From the human T2T-CHM13v2.0 reference genome, Homo sapiens: a stretch of 64,000 bases of DNA. The translations under genes and the position numbers were made by a program. The notes beneath the pieces are model-generated. The model was not told where the DNA came from. It saw nothing but the letters and a program-made list of their open reading frames with translations, and did not search any database. The stretch lies in NCBI RefSeq assembly GCF_009914755.1, contig NC_060941.1. One strand, written 5' to 3'. This document shows, one piece after another, positions 41,386 to 60,898 of the stretch (positions are counted from its first letter, which is position 1; the number at the start of each line of letters is the position of its first letter).

Positions 41386-42879
41386 CATGTGTTCTAAACT
41401 TGACCTGCCATTTGCTCTTTGGAAGTATCCAACTGAGTGTTTCCAGACAACTACATATAAACAGATAGACTTTGGCAGAGATTAAAGAATTCAAATAAAG
41501 TTCTAAAATCTGCTTGCTAATTTAAAGAATCCAGTGAATAGCATTTGTTATTCCTCTTACCATGTATACATTAATGAATTGCTTCACTGGATTGACTCTA
41601 ACTAGATGAATTTACTATTTTGCCTGCTGTGATTATTATGATTTTAAACCAAGTAAGTGTATTAAAGGTGTCTGCGTTTTCCTTAGAACATCTGTACATA
41701 TGTTTATAGGGCAGTTTCTACCCATGGTTATTTTGAAGTTTAAAAAATAATTCAGTAATACAACATTTCAGGTATTTAATTTTTGGTAAATAAAGTAACC
41801 TTAGAAAAGAAGTTAAACTTCATTAATATGAAACTTAAGAAAAGGATTACATATGAAAGTGATACTTTTTCATACTGAGTTTACAAACTTTTGTGTGTTT
41901 GTGTATGGTTTTTTAATGTATTAAACCAGTCACCTTGAAGTGCATAAAGTAAATTTTTTGAAGGAATTTTGTCTTTTGGTCAGCCGTTTTCCATGATAAC
42001 TAGCATATAGGGAAATTGGGTTGTATTCTGCTAATGTTTTCATCATATTGGCCAGCACACTTTAAAAATTGCAGGACTGTGAACAATGGTGTTGACATAC
42101 AAGGAAATTGCAACATAAATGGCAGAAGTACAAGCCAGTACATGTTCCTCACTTGTTTTACTGTGCTGTGAAGATCATTTTTCCCCTGAATGAATAAACC
42201 ATGAATAGAACCATGCTTGGTAAATCTTATTTATATGGTACATATAATAACTTCACTTAACTGGAGGTTAATGTGGTCAGATCTAAGAAGTAAACAAACA
42301 AAAAAAAACTACTTGGCAACCAGAGTAGATATTATGAATCGGAGTACTGCAGTAATTTACAGGAGTTTGTCATTGTCCTCTCTCTGCTCACTTGCTCATT
42401 CTGTGGATTTCTTTGGGGGGTATATAGTTGGTAATAGTAATAGTAATAGTAATAGTAATGTTTCGAACTTGAGCAAACTGTGACTTATTCTATTTTTCTA
42501 ATCTTGACCTTTTGAGTACTACACTTACACAACTCTTTATTGATGCTTCAAACACCTCAGTCTCAACTTGTTTAAAATTCAGAAGTTAGTGTTTTCTCCT
42601 TCCTATTTTTGTATCTAGATATATTCTTCTCATAATCTCTTGGTTAATTGTATCATCACCTAGCCAAATGTTTCTCCAACACTGGATTTCTCATTATCTT
42701 CTCTTTCTTATTTATCTTAAGCTCTCCAGGCCTCTTCATGATGATTAAGTAAAATTTAAATTCTATTTAGTACTCAAATGTTCCCAAACAAACAATAGTC
42801 AATTTGCCATTATTCAGGTCTTCAAATACCCACCAACTTTGTATCTTTGTGCAGCCTCCCCAACTTGCCCAAAGTGTAA

Positions 42880-43336
42880 TAATAGCCCCCTCTTATCCTA
42901 AGTTTCACTTTCCATAGTTTCAGTTACCCATGGTCCACCATGGTCTGAAAATACTCAATGGAAAATTCCAGAAATAAACATAAGTTGGATGTATCATGAG
43001 GTTAATAGTAGCCTAGCACTGTGTCACAGTGCTGCATTAGTCAACCCACTTCATCTTATCACATAGGCATTGTGTCATATCACATCATCACAAGAAGGGC
43101 GAGTATAGTACAATAAGATATTTTGAGAGAGATGCCATGTGCATGTGCTTTTATTGTAGTATATTGCTATAACTTCTATTTTATTATTGTTTTTAATCTC
43201 TTACTGTGCCTAATTTATAATTAAACTTTATCACAGGTATTTCTGTATAGGAGAAAAACACAGCATATATTGGGTTCAATACTGTGATTCTGTGGTTTCA
43301 GGTATCCCTGAGGGGTCTTGGAACATATCCCCCACA
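42880..43336. mobile_element. DNA transposon relic, MER44-like (TcMar-Tigger)
   Basis: Degenerate terminal inverted repeats tagccccctcttatcc / gttaagggggtactactgta. Confidence 0.6.
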
Positions 43337-43608
43337 GTTAAGGGGGTACTACTGTACTTTCCTCATTCAAAATTGTGTTGTTTCTTCAAGCTCCACTCAT
43401 GTCAGCACCTTTTATACGATCCTTCCCTAATTCTTCACGTCAGAATCAGTCATTTTAGTACTTTATACTTTGATCAGAGTCTCATTTTCACTAAAGAAAC
43501 TAAATCTTCCACCATATTCTGGCTTTTTTTGTGGTAAGATACCACCTCTTATTCCTTCTATTCCCTCTAGCTTCTAATATAGTGAGTGTTTATAAAGAAT
43601 AGGACACA

Positions 43609-44000
<392 letters not shown>

Positions 44001-44530
44001 CTAAAGTAAGAGTTATTTGGTTATTTGCAGTTTTCCCTTCACATTAGCATAAATTTGGAAGGCACAGGCTTGAGTTTAACTTTCATCTCTACTTTCCTGG
44101 CTGCTGTTTTGAGAAGATTTCTTCATTTGTACAATGTGGATCATAATGCACATTCATAATCCCTTGTCTGTAATCTGAAACCCCAAATCCTCCAAAAACC
44201 TTAAGTTTTATCAAAAAATAAAAAAGTTTGACACCAAAATTTATTTGGTGCAAATGCCTTATCTGCATAGATGGGAGGTTTTTAGCTATCTTTGTTTCAC
44301 TTAATGTGGATATTAATGTTGCGCTGCAGAAATATTGATGAGATTGATTTTGGGGTGCTGTTCCATTTTCTACTGGAGTGTTACATAATACATGATAAGA
44401 ATAGTACTTAGCATATTCATGTTTCTCTTCTTCCTTCTGGGCACAGCACCATACCACTCTTAGCATTCTGATAGTTAGGTGGTACCATCTGACTGAGTTC
44501 TGGCCAGTAAAATGTCAGTTCCAATGATGT

Positions 44531-44960
44531 ACAATCGACCCTTGAACAACACTGGGGTTAGGGGCACTGAATCTCCACGCAATGGAAAATCTACGTATAA
44601 CTTTTGCCTCCCCAAAAACTAAACTACTAATAGACTGTTGATCGGAAGCCTTTTGATAACATAAACAGATTAACATGTTTTGTAAGTTAAATGTTGTATA
44701 TGCTATATTCTTAGAGTGAAATAAGCTCCAGAAAAGAAATTGTTACCCAGAAAATCATGAGGAAGAGAAAATATATTTACTGTTCTCTGAGTGGAAGTGG
44801 ATTATCACGAAGGTCTTCATCCTCTTTATCTTCATGTTGAGTAGGTGGAGGAGAAAGAAGAGGGATTGGTCTTACTGTCCCCGGGCTGGCAGAGGTGGAA
44901 GTAAACCTCTGTATAAGTGGATCAGCATGGTTCAAAGCCATGTTGTTTAAGGGTCAACTG
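44531..44960. mobile_element. DNA transposon relic, Tigger2a/MER28-like, inside an MLT-like LTR fragment
   Basis: TIRs caatcgacccttgaacaac / gttgtttaagggtcaactg with TA flanks. Confidence 0.75.
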
Positions 44961-46175
44961 TATATGATTTTTAAGCCTGATGTCTAACTTCTCACCAATC
45001 TTCCATTCTTGCTTTCTTCTATCAACGCCTACTAGAAACAGACGGTTCAGTGGAGGGGGTCTCCAAGACGCCAGAAGATGGTAAAACCATTAGAAAGCAT
45101 GATTTAAGAGAAATTAACTTTTGTTGTCTTAGCCAGTGATATTTTGGGATTATTTGTGACAGAAATTAGTTCGTGCTGACTAACATAACTACATGCTGGA
45201 CATCTTGCCTTTGCCTCTTCAAATCCACTCTGTTCTTTACCCTGCTGTGTACCCTAAGAGGCTGACCTGTGTAGAGGGTATCATTGGGCTCCCCTCCTTT
45301 CTGGCTTTCAGCTGGCCCATAGGGAATACAAGCGGAAGATTAGGGAGAAGAAAGAGAGTAAGGTTAGGAGGTATATATTTTTGGCTCCGTTTCTGCAGGG
45401 TCCCAGTGGGCTGGCTACATCCATCCATGCAGTATGGTTTTTGTTGGGTGACCCTCTCCACACAACCTACTCTGTGTCTGCTTTCTGCTAACTGCTTCCT
45501 GCACTCACTACTTCAGGTGTAGTATCACACTGTTTCTTAAGAGTTTCCTTAAAACCTGCCTTCTCCTTTATACATAATCTCTAATATCTCAGTTTGAATT
45601 TGCCACCTGTTTCCTGCTAGAACCTTAATTGCTACAAGCTGTATGTACACTGTATCATCTTCCTAAAATCACCAGGCATGGTGGGATGTGAGCTATAGTC
45701 CCAGCAACTCAGGAGGCTGATGTAGGAGGATTGCTTGAGCCCAGAAATTCAAGGCTACAGTGAGCTATGGATACCCTAACCTGAGCAACAGAGCAAGACC
45801 TTGTCTCTAAAAAACAAAAATTAAGTTAAAAAATTGTGTCTTTCTTTATATACTTACATTACTTTCCGTTGATCTGTTTTTGAAATGTTTCCAGAACTGT
45901 CTTCCCTCACGTATTGATTCTTCCAAAATTCTTAAGAAAATGGAAAAAAGTAATTTCTGAAAATGATGAGAATGATCATAAATTTCATATAGCACTTTCT
46001 TGAGAATTTCAAATTGCAGTTTTAATATTTTACTTTAGAAACAGGTCCAGTTTTCCCTTCTGTAATTTTTTTCTTTGGTCTTTTTGGATTTTTTGGGTTT
46101 TTGTTTTTTTTTTTTCTTGAAAAGAACACAGAGATCTTTTCTTGAGTGATATTTGCACAGACATTGCCTTGGTAA

Positions 46176-46935
<760 letters not shown>

Positions 46936-46989
46936 ATTTTGTTTTGAAATGAATTTATGTATGTTTGGTTATTTCTGAAAGCAGTTCAG

Positions 46990-47031
46990 GCCTACAGCCA
47001 TACCACCCTGAATGCACCTGATGTTGTCTGA
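46990..47031 (+). pseudogene. 5S rRNA 5' fragment (nt 1-42), tailless retrocopy with TSD
   Basis: gcctacagccataccaccctgaatgcacctgatgttgtctga vs 5S GTCTACGGCCATACCACCCTGAACGCGCCCGATCTCGTCTGA (35/42); flanked by tctgaaagca(g/a)ttcag repeats. Confidence 0.85.
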
Positions 47032-47807
47032 AAGCAATTCAGGTTTTCAGGATTAAAATTTTTATGCTACTAGGTTTGTAACCTATATTTAAAAGTAGAA
47101 CATTTAAAACATTTTAGTAGTATATAGCACTGAAAAGTGGCTTTTTAGCGTAGACAGTTGTTTTTCAAGAAACTATTTTGTAATCCTAGCTACTTGGGAG
47201 CCTGAGGTGGGAGGATCGCTTGAGCTCAGAATCCAGTCTGGGCAACAAAGGAGAATTCCAGCCTCTTTAAAAAAAAAAAAAAAAGGAAGAAACTATTTGG
47301 GAGTTTTGTGAACAATGGATATGCAAAAAGACAGGCCATTGTTATGAGAGGCCTAATTGTGAGTACCTTCTAGAATTGTATATAAGCATGATTCTCTTCA
47401 ATAGTAAAATCTCAGCCTCTTCATTTTAGAAATCTAATATAGGAAAAAGAACACATTTCTCCATAGTTGTAAAACATAGGTTCTCAGGGTGAATGCCCAT
47501 CTTTGAGCAAGTTTGTCTTCCTAATGGTATAATACTGTAAGTCTGTTATCTAATTTTGGCTTGTTGTCACTTATTTTTCATAATCAAAGAAAAATGATTT
47601 AATTTTAAAAAGATGCTCTCCTTTCTGTTTTCTTCTCTTGGATGATAGTATCCCTATCTGTCTGAGTTTATAGAATCTTAATTTTTACCTGCTCTTACCA
47701 CATACATCTGATTAGTCATTAAGTCTTACTGATTCTGCTTCAGAAATTTTGTTTTATGCTTCACTCTCATGCTACCAACTTATTTGGTAGCTTCAGCAGT
47801 TGTCTAA

Positions 47808-48354
<547 letters not shown>

Positions 48355-48787
48355 TCACCGGTATTTTACCCCGGTGTAAGATTGCCTCCATCTTACACAT
48401 TACTGCCAGAATCATCTCTCTGAAATGTGACCATTTCACTTCCAGGTAAAATCTTTATGTGCTCCTTTTAGCTAAGTTTTCTTGCTTAAGGTATTCATGT
48501 ATTACTTCGGGGATTTTTTTTTTTTTTGCCATTTCTTCATAACCATCTATATTATTTATTCAGTATTTTTATAGACTTTTTTTTCTTAAAGGAAAGTTTA
48601 TACTGTGAATGGAAAATCAATATTGATTGCCATAACTAGAAAACCAACAAAAGGCAACAGTAAAAGGAAATATAGAACTATGAAATGCCTGTTTCATGTA
48701 GCACCCAATCATATATGTACTACATTTCAAAAAGTCACTGGCTTATAAAAATATTTTTTAGCATCTCATACAAGTCTCTTCATAATC

Positions 48788-49158
48788 TGTTATACAGCTC
48801 ACCTTACTTGCACGATTGCTGAGCCAAAGCAGATCGAAAGTCATTTTGGTAAGAGGCTAGATGCTGACCTTGTATTCTGAAAATCTGATGATTCTACTGT
48901 TGTTGATGTGATTCCAAGTAAGCCTGTGTGAACTTCTGGGCTATTCTCAGGGAAGTGTTTATGACACATTGTTGAAGGTATCATCAGGGCAGTTGATCCA
49001 AGAAGACTCTAGGAGCTGGCTAAGCCACAAAGTCTGCCCAAAAAGCTCAGAATGACAAATGAATGTTTTGTACATTATCTCCACTATAATGCTAGAAAAA
49101 AGTCTTAAAAGCATTTGTCTCAATTGATCATTTATATGGAATAATACTGGTTAATCAT
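48788..49158 (+). pseudogene. Highly degraded processed EEF1A1-type retrocopy fragment (C-terminal CDS plus proximal 3'UTR)
   Basis: CYTAHLTCTIAEPKQIESHFGKRLDADLVF*KSDDSTVVDVIPSKPV and ...KSAQKAQNDK* align with eEF1A1 [48 protein letters not shown] and KSAQKAQKAK*. Confidence 0.8.
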
Positions 49159-49399
49159 CTTAAATCATCATAGTGTTGGGTAATGTCTGTAGAAGGATGC
49201 TTTAAACTCTACTTGGTGCTTCAGCTATGCTGACCATCTCACCATTGCCCCCTTTGCCATGCCCTGACATCCTCACATGTCTCTCTGCTTTTGCATACTC
49301 TTTTCCACCTGGTTTGAATGCCCTTCCTTTATCATGGGACATTATCCTTTCCATTTAATACCCATCTTGATAACCTGACTCTGACCCCCTAGGCAAGTT

Positions 49400-50620
<1,221 letters not shown>

Positions 50621-50814
50621 CTAGACAAATTTTGATAAATCCCTCCTTTTCTAAACCATAGCCAAGTCTATTACTGTTTAACAATGACCATCTTGGAGTA
50701 TAAATTTTCTGTTCACACTTTGAACTTTAACTTCCGGGTCTTAGATGTCTTTATCTGGATATACAGAGAATCTAGGTTTTGTATGTAATTATTCAATGAT
50801 AGTATTAAAACTAA

Positions 50815-51466
<652 letters not shown>

Positions 51467-51779
51467 TAATTACCAGTTTTAATTATAGACCTACATGACT
51501 ACGGTTTGAAGGAAAAAGACTTTATTTAATCCTAGTGATTGGAATTGGAATTCTCATTTGAGCCAGAAGATTTCTTGAGTGGTTTTGTTTTCTGTGATAA
51601 CTTGGTTTATATAAGTAATCCACATTACTTGGGTGTTAGTGGTAAAGCAAGTCTTTGCCTTGTACAACAAAGATAATTTAGTGATTGATACATTCTGAAT
51701 AATCTGGTGGTTATGACTTGACACATACAAAAAATGTTAGTGGTTGCAGTCCATCTGTTGCTCTGTAAAAAGATTTTTG

Positions 51780-52451
<672 letters not shown>

Positions 52452-52517
52452 TAATCCTCAAAGGAAATAATCCATTGGGATGTATTTATGAAGTTTAAGT
52501 CTGTAAAACAATGTGGA

Positions 52518-53033
<516 letters not shown>

Positions 53034-53245
53034 TCAGAAGAGTCACCTTTGGAGGTGATGCACTTAGTTCCAACTTTGCTGCCTTTGAGCACAACATTTT
53101 AGGGAAATAATTTTTTGGAAGTGTTGTCAAAGTCTGAAATACATTCTTGTAGAATGTGGAAAATCTCATACTTGAAATTTTTTGATAAGCAAGACAAAAT
53201 GTCACGTTTAGTAATACTGTTTTTTGTTTAAGATGAGGTTTTTCT

Positions 53246-53502
53246 GCTGGACATGGGGGCTCACACTTGTAGTCCCAGCACTTTGGGAGGCCAAGGCAGG
53301 TAGATTGCTTGAGCCCAGGAGCTCGAGACAAACCTAGGCAACATGATGAAACCCCATCACCTGTACAAAAAATTAGTAGAGTGTGGTGATGAGAGCCTGT
53401 AGTTTCAGCTGCTTGTGAGGCTGAGATCGGAGAATCACTTTAGCCTAGGAGGTCAAGGCTGCACTCCAGCCTGGGTGACAGTGAGACCCTGTCTTAAAAA
53501 AA
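53246..53502 (+). mobile_element. Alu (AluJ-like, internally deleted)
   Basis: Diverged Alu. Confidence 0.82.
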
Positions 53503-53765
53503 GTTTTCTTATGTAACTTACAAACTAGCTCTTAGTGGTATTTGAAAGGAACAGCCCCAGAGTTGTTTTCAGTAACGATGGTATCATTGGAGTAAAAGTA
53601 TAGCGATCCAACCTGACTACTTTGAAGAAATAATACAGAAAATGAGGTGTATCATGTGTGACATTTATGTTTAAATTTAAAATCAGTTTATAGTCAACTC
53701 ATAGTTAATATACGAATATTTTTTACTAACTTCAAGTGATTCCTTGATCCTTTAAATAATTTTAA

Positions 53766-54113
<348 letters not shown>

Positions 54114-55194
54114 TAAGCTCATACTTAATGACCTGCAGCTTTTTTTGTAGAATTTAAAGTCAAGGCAAGAGACTCATAATACTTTATCCAAGTATATTTT
54201 GTTAAAGCAAAAAAAATGTCATGTGATCTTGTGGAAAAGCCATACCATGAGGAAATTTTAGCTCCTATAAATAGGTGAAACTATTTTTAAACAATTGTTT
54301 GCTTTCTTAGATTATTTGTCATTGGTATAAGGAATACAGATGAGTATTTAATGTCTAAATAATATAACTCATAAATGGATGTGGTTGTATGCCAGTTACT
54401 CTTACACTACATAATATCTCAAATGTGATAATGGTTGCTGAGGCTTTGGATGGCAAATTAGGGCTTTCCCAGTGGTTATTGTGGTGTATGGCATCCTTGT
54501 CTTCCCTTACTTATGTTTTGTTTTTCTTCTTTCTCAATGGAAAGCCATTAAGTCTTAGTTAATTTTCTGTTGAGGCAAGCATTTGACATTCATTCGAATT
54601 CCCTCAGCCTTCCAGAAGCATTCAGTATGTTTCAACTGTGACTATGAGCAACAAAATAATACAAAGTGAAAAACTGCGTTTCCTGGTGTGAGTATTTCAT
54701 TAGATTTATTGATCCTTGGCCTTATGGTATCCATGTGAAATGTTCAGACATCTAATTTTTTACTGCTAAATAATTTTTTTAGGGGATAAATAACAAACCT
54801 TGTAAATTATTTGAAGCATAACTGAAGATGTCAGATATATGAGAAATTATTTACTATTACTGTTTCAGTCATTTTCACTTCTAATCTTGTTAACTACCCA
54901 AGAATCTCTTGTACAAAGGATAGTAATCATTAAAATGGTTATATAGCACCCACAAAGTGCTTTAATATACATGTTTTAATCTATTCCTTAAAACACCTTC
55001 TGGAGTATATGTTCTTAACCATATTTTTTATCAGAGGACACATTTAATCACTTGCCCAAGGTAAAAACACACACCGTAGGTGATAAACTTTATGTCATGC
55101 TCTGCTGTTAAACCACCAATATAGTTAGAATTATTTTGATCAGACAAGAGCGAAGCAGTTTTCCTGTTTTTAGTGAGTGCGTATGTATGTTTAA

Positions 55195-55521
<327 letters not shown>

Positions 55522-55524
55522 TAA

Positions 55525-55790
55525 TAACATATTCTCACTCATAGGTGGGAATTGAACAATGAGAACACATGGACACAGGAAGGGGAACATCACACTCTGG
55601 GGACTGTTGTGGGGTGGGGGGAGGGGGGAGGGATAGCATTGGGAGATATACCTAATGCTAGATGACGAGTTAGTGGGTGCAGCACACCAGCATGGCACAT
55701 GTATACATATGTAACTAACCTACACATTGTGCACATGTACCCTAAAACTTAAAGTATAATAATAATAATTAAAAAATAATAAAAATAAAA
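55525..55790 (+). mobile_element. Young 5'-truncated L1 3' end (L1PA2-like)
   Basis: L1 3'UTR with G-rich tract; GAG rather than ACA at the Ta diagnostic site (gatgacGAGttagtggg). Confidence 0.9.
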
Positions 55791-56138
55791 CATAGTTTTA
55801 AAAATACAAAAAAAATAAAAAATAAAATAACTTTCCAGAAATTTAGATTCAGAATCTCAGGTCAGGCTTTCTAGATAAGGATAAGTGGGTATGTTGAGCA
55901 TGTGTCTCACCTGGCTCTTAAATATGTTTAACAAAGTTGGGGCTGTTGAACCAAACTGACATTTCTTAACAGTTGATCTTCTTAAAGACCTCACTTTGCA
56001 CCACAGTTTTCTAAATGTGAAACATACTAATCTGCTTAACACATTATTAACACCTTAACATGACATTTGTTTCTACTTCTCTTCTAACTTCCCTTGAGCA
56101 ATTTTCTATATTGAATTGTTCATGGGTATCAGAATTAA

Positions 56139-56507
<369 letters not shown>

Positions 56508-57229
56508 CAGAACTAGTTTCTTATATGACTAGTAGTAGCCTAGCCAAATCCTCCCTCATTCTTAACTTTTCTTTGATCTTTCTTTTCTCAGGACTTTGAA
56601 GCTGTAACTTTGAAATAAATGAAAGAAACTTAGACTCTAGAATAAGACTCGCAGGTTTGACTTGGTCTGTCCTAAGTAGGTCATTGTTAGCCAACTAGTC
56701 ACATCTTTGATCTATGTTAATTCATTCTTTTATTTATAAATTCAGATAAAGGTGGTCAAAAAAACAAACTTCTAGGGGCAAGTGAATGTCTCAGCTGAAA
56801 TCAAAAGGATGAGTAGGGTTTGAGAGGGCAAGAAGAGGGAGAGAGGACATGCAGCATCTCTGAAAGCCTGGTGGCACGAAGCATGGTGACTAAGGGACAG
56901 AGGATATTTTGTTTGTTTGAACTATAAAATGTTAGAGAGCTGGAAAATTTTAAGATGATACTCTAAAGGGAAGCAAGGCCCTGATCATGCAGTAAACCAT
57001 ATTAAGAGTTTAGATTTTATTATGAGATATGAGAAATTATTGAAAGGGAAGGGTTGGTACACAGTTCATCTTGTGTCTTCTTATTTCTCTTGTTTTCTTA
57101 CTCAGTCTAGATGCCCTAGACAAACATTTCAGTAGTTCTTTTCTTAGATCTCTTGGCTATTTCAAGGACAAGGCAGGTAATAAAATATGCTTGGTCTACA
57201 GTGTTAGTTAGCATTTTGGCATTTTTCTT

Positions 57230-58687
57230 TTTGTTACTTTTTAATACATGGTTCTATGTCCTATAATTTTTTCTTATTTTTCTAATATTTGCGTTTTCCA
57301 CATTTCACACTTTAAAAAACTCTTCATAAATATTTTTATTGGCCAGATATTCTGGTCAGTGGGTCATTGTTTACTTAATTTCCTAATGGTGGATATTTAT
57401 TGTTGTTTCAGTTTTTCTTGTTAGAAAGAATGCTGTGATTTACCTATAGGCAAAAGTTTAAATGCCTTAACTGTAGACAAAAGTTAAAATATCTTACTTT
57501 TTTAAAAATTTCATTGCCAAATTGCTTTCCCAAAGAATTGTGCCAATATGTGAACATGGCCATTTCATTCTACCTTCCCCATCGTTGGTTTTTTTTTTAA
57601 TTGCTTGCTATTTTAATAGTGAAAAATGATGTCACATTTTTATTGCATTTCTCAATTACGTGGTTGGCCATATTCCCATATATTAATCATAGTATTTTGT
57701 ATCTTGTAAACATTCTTTTTATGTCCTTTGCCCATTTATTCATTGAGAATTTTAAGATTTTTTTCTCATCCGTTTTATGAGCTCCTGATTAACAACCTCC
57801 TTTATAGCATCTTATTTGAATATTTTTATCAGGCTGGTTGTTTCAGCATAATGGGGATTTTGTATAGACCAATCTATTGATAATTTCTTTGTGATTGTTT
57901 TTTTTTCTAATTAAATAGCCTTCCACCTGAAGACTTACAAATATTTTTAAATTCTTCTGCTGGTTTTATGACTTCCTTGTTCATGTTTTCTTTCACTTTG
58001 TCAGTGTATCACATGAAGTGAGTGTTAAACTGAACTTTTTTCCAATTTCCTCATCTCATTTATTGAGTCTTTTCCTTTCCCCTTTGGTTTCTGATTTTTC
58101 TTTCCACAGCTAACAATGTTTGAGAATTTACTGTGTGCTAGGCACTGTTCTAAACACTTTATCTGTATTATCTCATTTTCTTCTCACAACAACCCTGTAA
58201 GGAAATAGAGGCACAGAAACCTAATTTGCTGAAGTGACACAGCTAGTAAGTAAAGCTTTGTCACATATTCAGTTCTTCTGTGTACCTGTGCTCTCATTGT
58301 GCTGTTGTTTCTATATTGTGGTTATCTTTCTGTTTTTATGCCACTATCATTCTGTAATTATTATGGCTGATACATGTTTCTCTCTCAAGAAAAGCTAATA
58401 TCGGCCGGGCACGGTGGCTCACGCCTGTAATCCCAGCACTTTGGGAGGCCGAGGCAAGCAGATCACCTGAGGTCAGGAGTTCAAGACCAGCCTGGCCAAC
58501 ATGGTGAAACCTGATCTCTACTAAAAATACAAAAATTAGCTGGGCATGGTGGCACATACCTGTAGTCTTAACTACTCAGGAGGCTGAAGCAGAAGAATCG
58601 CTTGAACCCAGGAGGTGGAGGATGCAGTGAGCCAAGATCGCACCACTGCATTCTAGCCTGAGTGACAGAGCAAGACTCTGTATGAAA

Positions 58688-58722
<35 letters not shown>

Positions 58723-59290
58723 GTTAATGTAACTGTAGTATTTACTTCTTTTTCTATTCTTGCTTGTTTCTAAGTGAACTTAAGGTTCCAAAACATTTCT
58801 CATTGGAATATTTTTCAGAATTGCCTTAATCTGTAAACTATACTGGAAATAATTGCAACGTAATAGTATCCCACCAAAGTCCTCTGTACCTTAGTGTTTG
58901 ATATGTTCCAGGTGCTGACTAAATATTTGTTGAGTGAAAGAATGAATGAATGAATGGAGAGACCTTAGTTTGTCATCTGCATCAAGTCTTAATTTATACT
59001 TCTCATTAATATTTTTCAGATTTTCCCCATTTGATGCTGCATATTTCATGTTAATGTTACTTCTTGACATTGTATATTTTTCCCATAATTTTCTAATTAT
59101 TTGTTGCCAATATCTGTTATTTCTGTTTTTTTGTTTTGGAATTTCCCAAATATTGTTAAAAAAGATTGGCAATAGTGGGCATCCTTGTTTCGATTGTGAT
59201 TTTAATAGAAATATGTTATTCTTCACCAGCAAGATGTTGGGTGGTAGTGTGTAATACATTCTTTTATCTAGTTCTTAAAATATATTTTAT
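57230..59290 (-). mobile_element. Old L1M ORF2 remnants with MIR/L2/Alu interruptions
   Basis: Peptide LKSQSKQGCPLLPIFFNNIWE resembles the L1 RT motif RQGCPLSPLLFNIVLE. Confidence 0.55.
58402..58722 (+). mobile_element. Alu with (AAAT)9 tail; probably the known NF1 intron 27b Alu tetranucleotide marker
   Basis: Alu dimer; AAAT x9 at 58685-58720; marker identity from memory. Confidence 0.88.
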
Positions 59291-60097
59291 AAGGAAAAAT
59301 TTTATGAAAGATTTTAGGTTAACTCTTGACTGACATTTTTGGTATTAAAGGAATTTGCTGTTGTTTGATAGCATCATTATGGAAGATATTGAATAGCACA
59401 TATTTGTGATCTTTTAAGTTAGCTATAGAAGCCATCTTCTCATTCTGCTGTGGTAAGTGAATGTCTTTCTGACTTTCTTCTGGGTCCCTATTTCACTGAT
59501 ATCTAAACCTGATTTCTAGCAGGGAAGAGACTAAAGCAAGCACATCCTTTCATTCCCTTGCTCTCAGTGTGTAGAGCTGAAATGTTTCCATATATGGGAA
59601 TTTCTCATAGCATTGGGTTTGGACATACAGATGTGATAATAATCCTCACAACAACAACATTACTGCATCTAGGAATGTGGGTGGGCCAAGACACTGTGAA
59701 GGGTTTATGTGAATTATGTCATTTAATCTTCAGAAAAAAACCACTGTAAGTTCTGCCAGCCCATTTTATAGATGAGGAAACTGTGACTTAGAGCAGTGAA
59801 ATAACTTGTCTATGGTCATACAGCTGAGAAGTGGCAGAGGCAAGTTGCTTGTAAAGTAGAGCCAAGCCTTAGAGATGGATGGGTGAAGATAGATATAGAT
59901 GTATGTGTATATAGGTATGTGTATATCTGTACACATATGCATACATATTTGATGTGCTTGAGAGATAGATGCTAAGGACTAATGCATTTTGAAATTTTTC
60001 TGGAGCCAGGAATATAGTAATACTTAGTGGCAAATAATGAGCCTTTTTCCATTAATAATAAGAATATAATTTCTTTGGAAGGAAATACTATCTAATT

Positions 60098-60316
60098 ATA
60101 GTTTCCCTCAGTATATCTGGGGGATTGGTTAGCAGACCCCTGTGTATACCAAAATTTGCGCATATTCAAATCCCAAAATCGGCCCTGTGGAACGTGCTTC
60201 CTTGTGGAACCTATTTATACAGTATGTGGGTTTCACATCCCACAAATACTGTGCTTTCAATCTATGTATAAGTGTGCCCATGCCATTCAAACCCATGTTG
60301 TTCAAGGGTCAACTTT
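60098..60316. mobile_element. DNA transposon relic, MER8-like
   Basis: ccctcagtatatctgggggattggtt ... ttcaaacccatgttgttcaagggtcaact. Confidence 0.65.
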
Positions 60317-60537
60317 ACTTTAAGGCTAGATAATTCTTCTGTCTAAGAACTTAGAGTCTGAGTAGTTGACGTATATTGTACTTGTAAGTTTACCAAGTTT
60401 GACTCTGCATTTTGCAGACATGTCTGTAGGATTGACATAATCCATAGGTGCTCCTAATGCAGTAGTCTATAATTTGACTTTCTTATTACTTTTCCCCTTA
60501 AAAATTCTAAGACAGCATTGAGTTTTTGGTATCCTCA

Positions 60538-60898
<361 letters not shown>

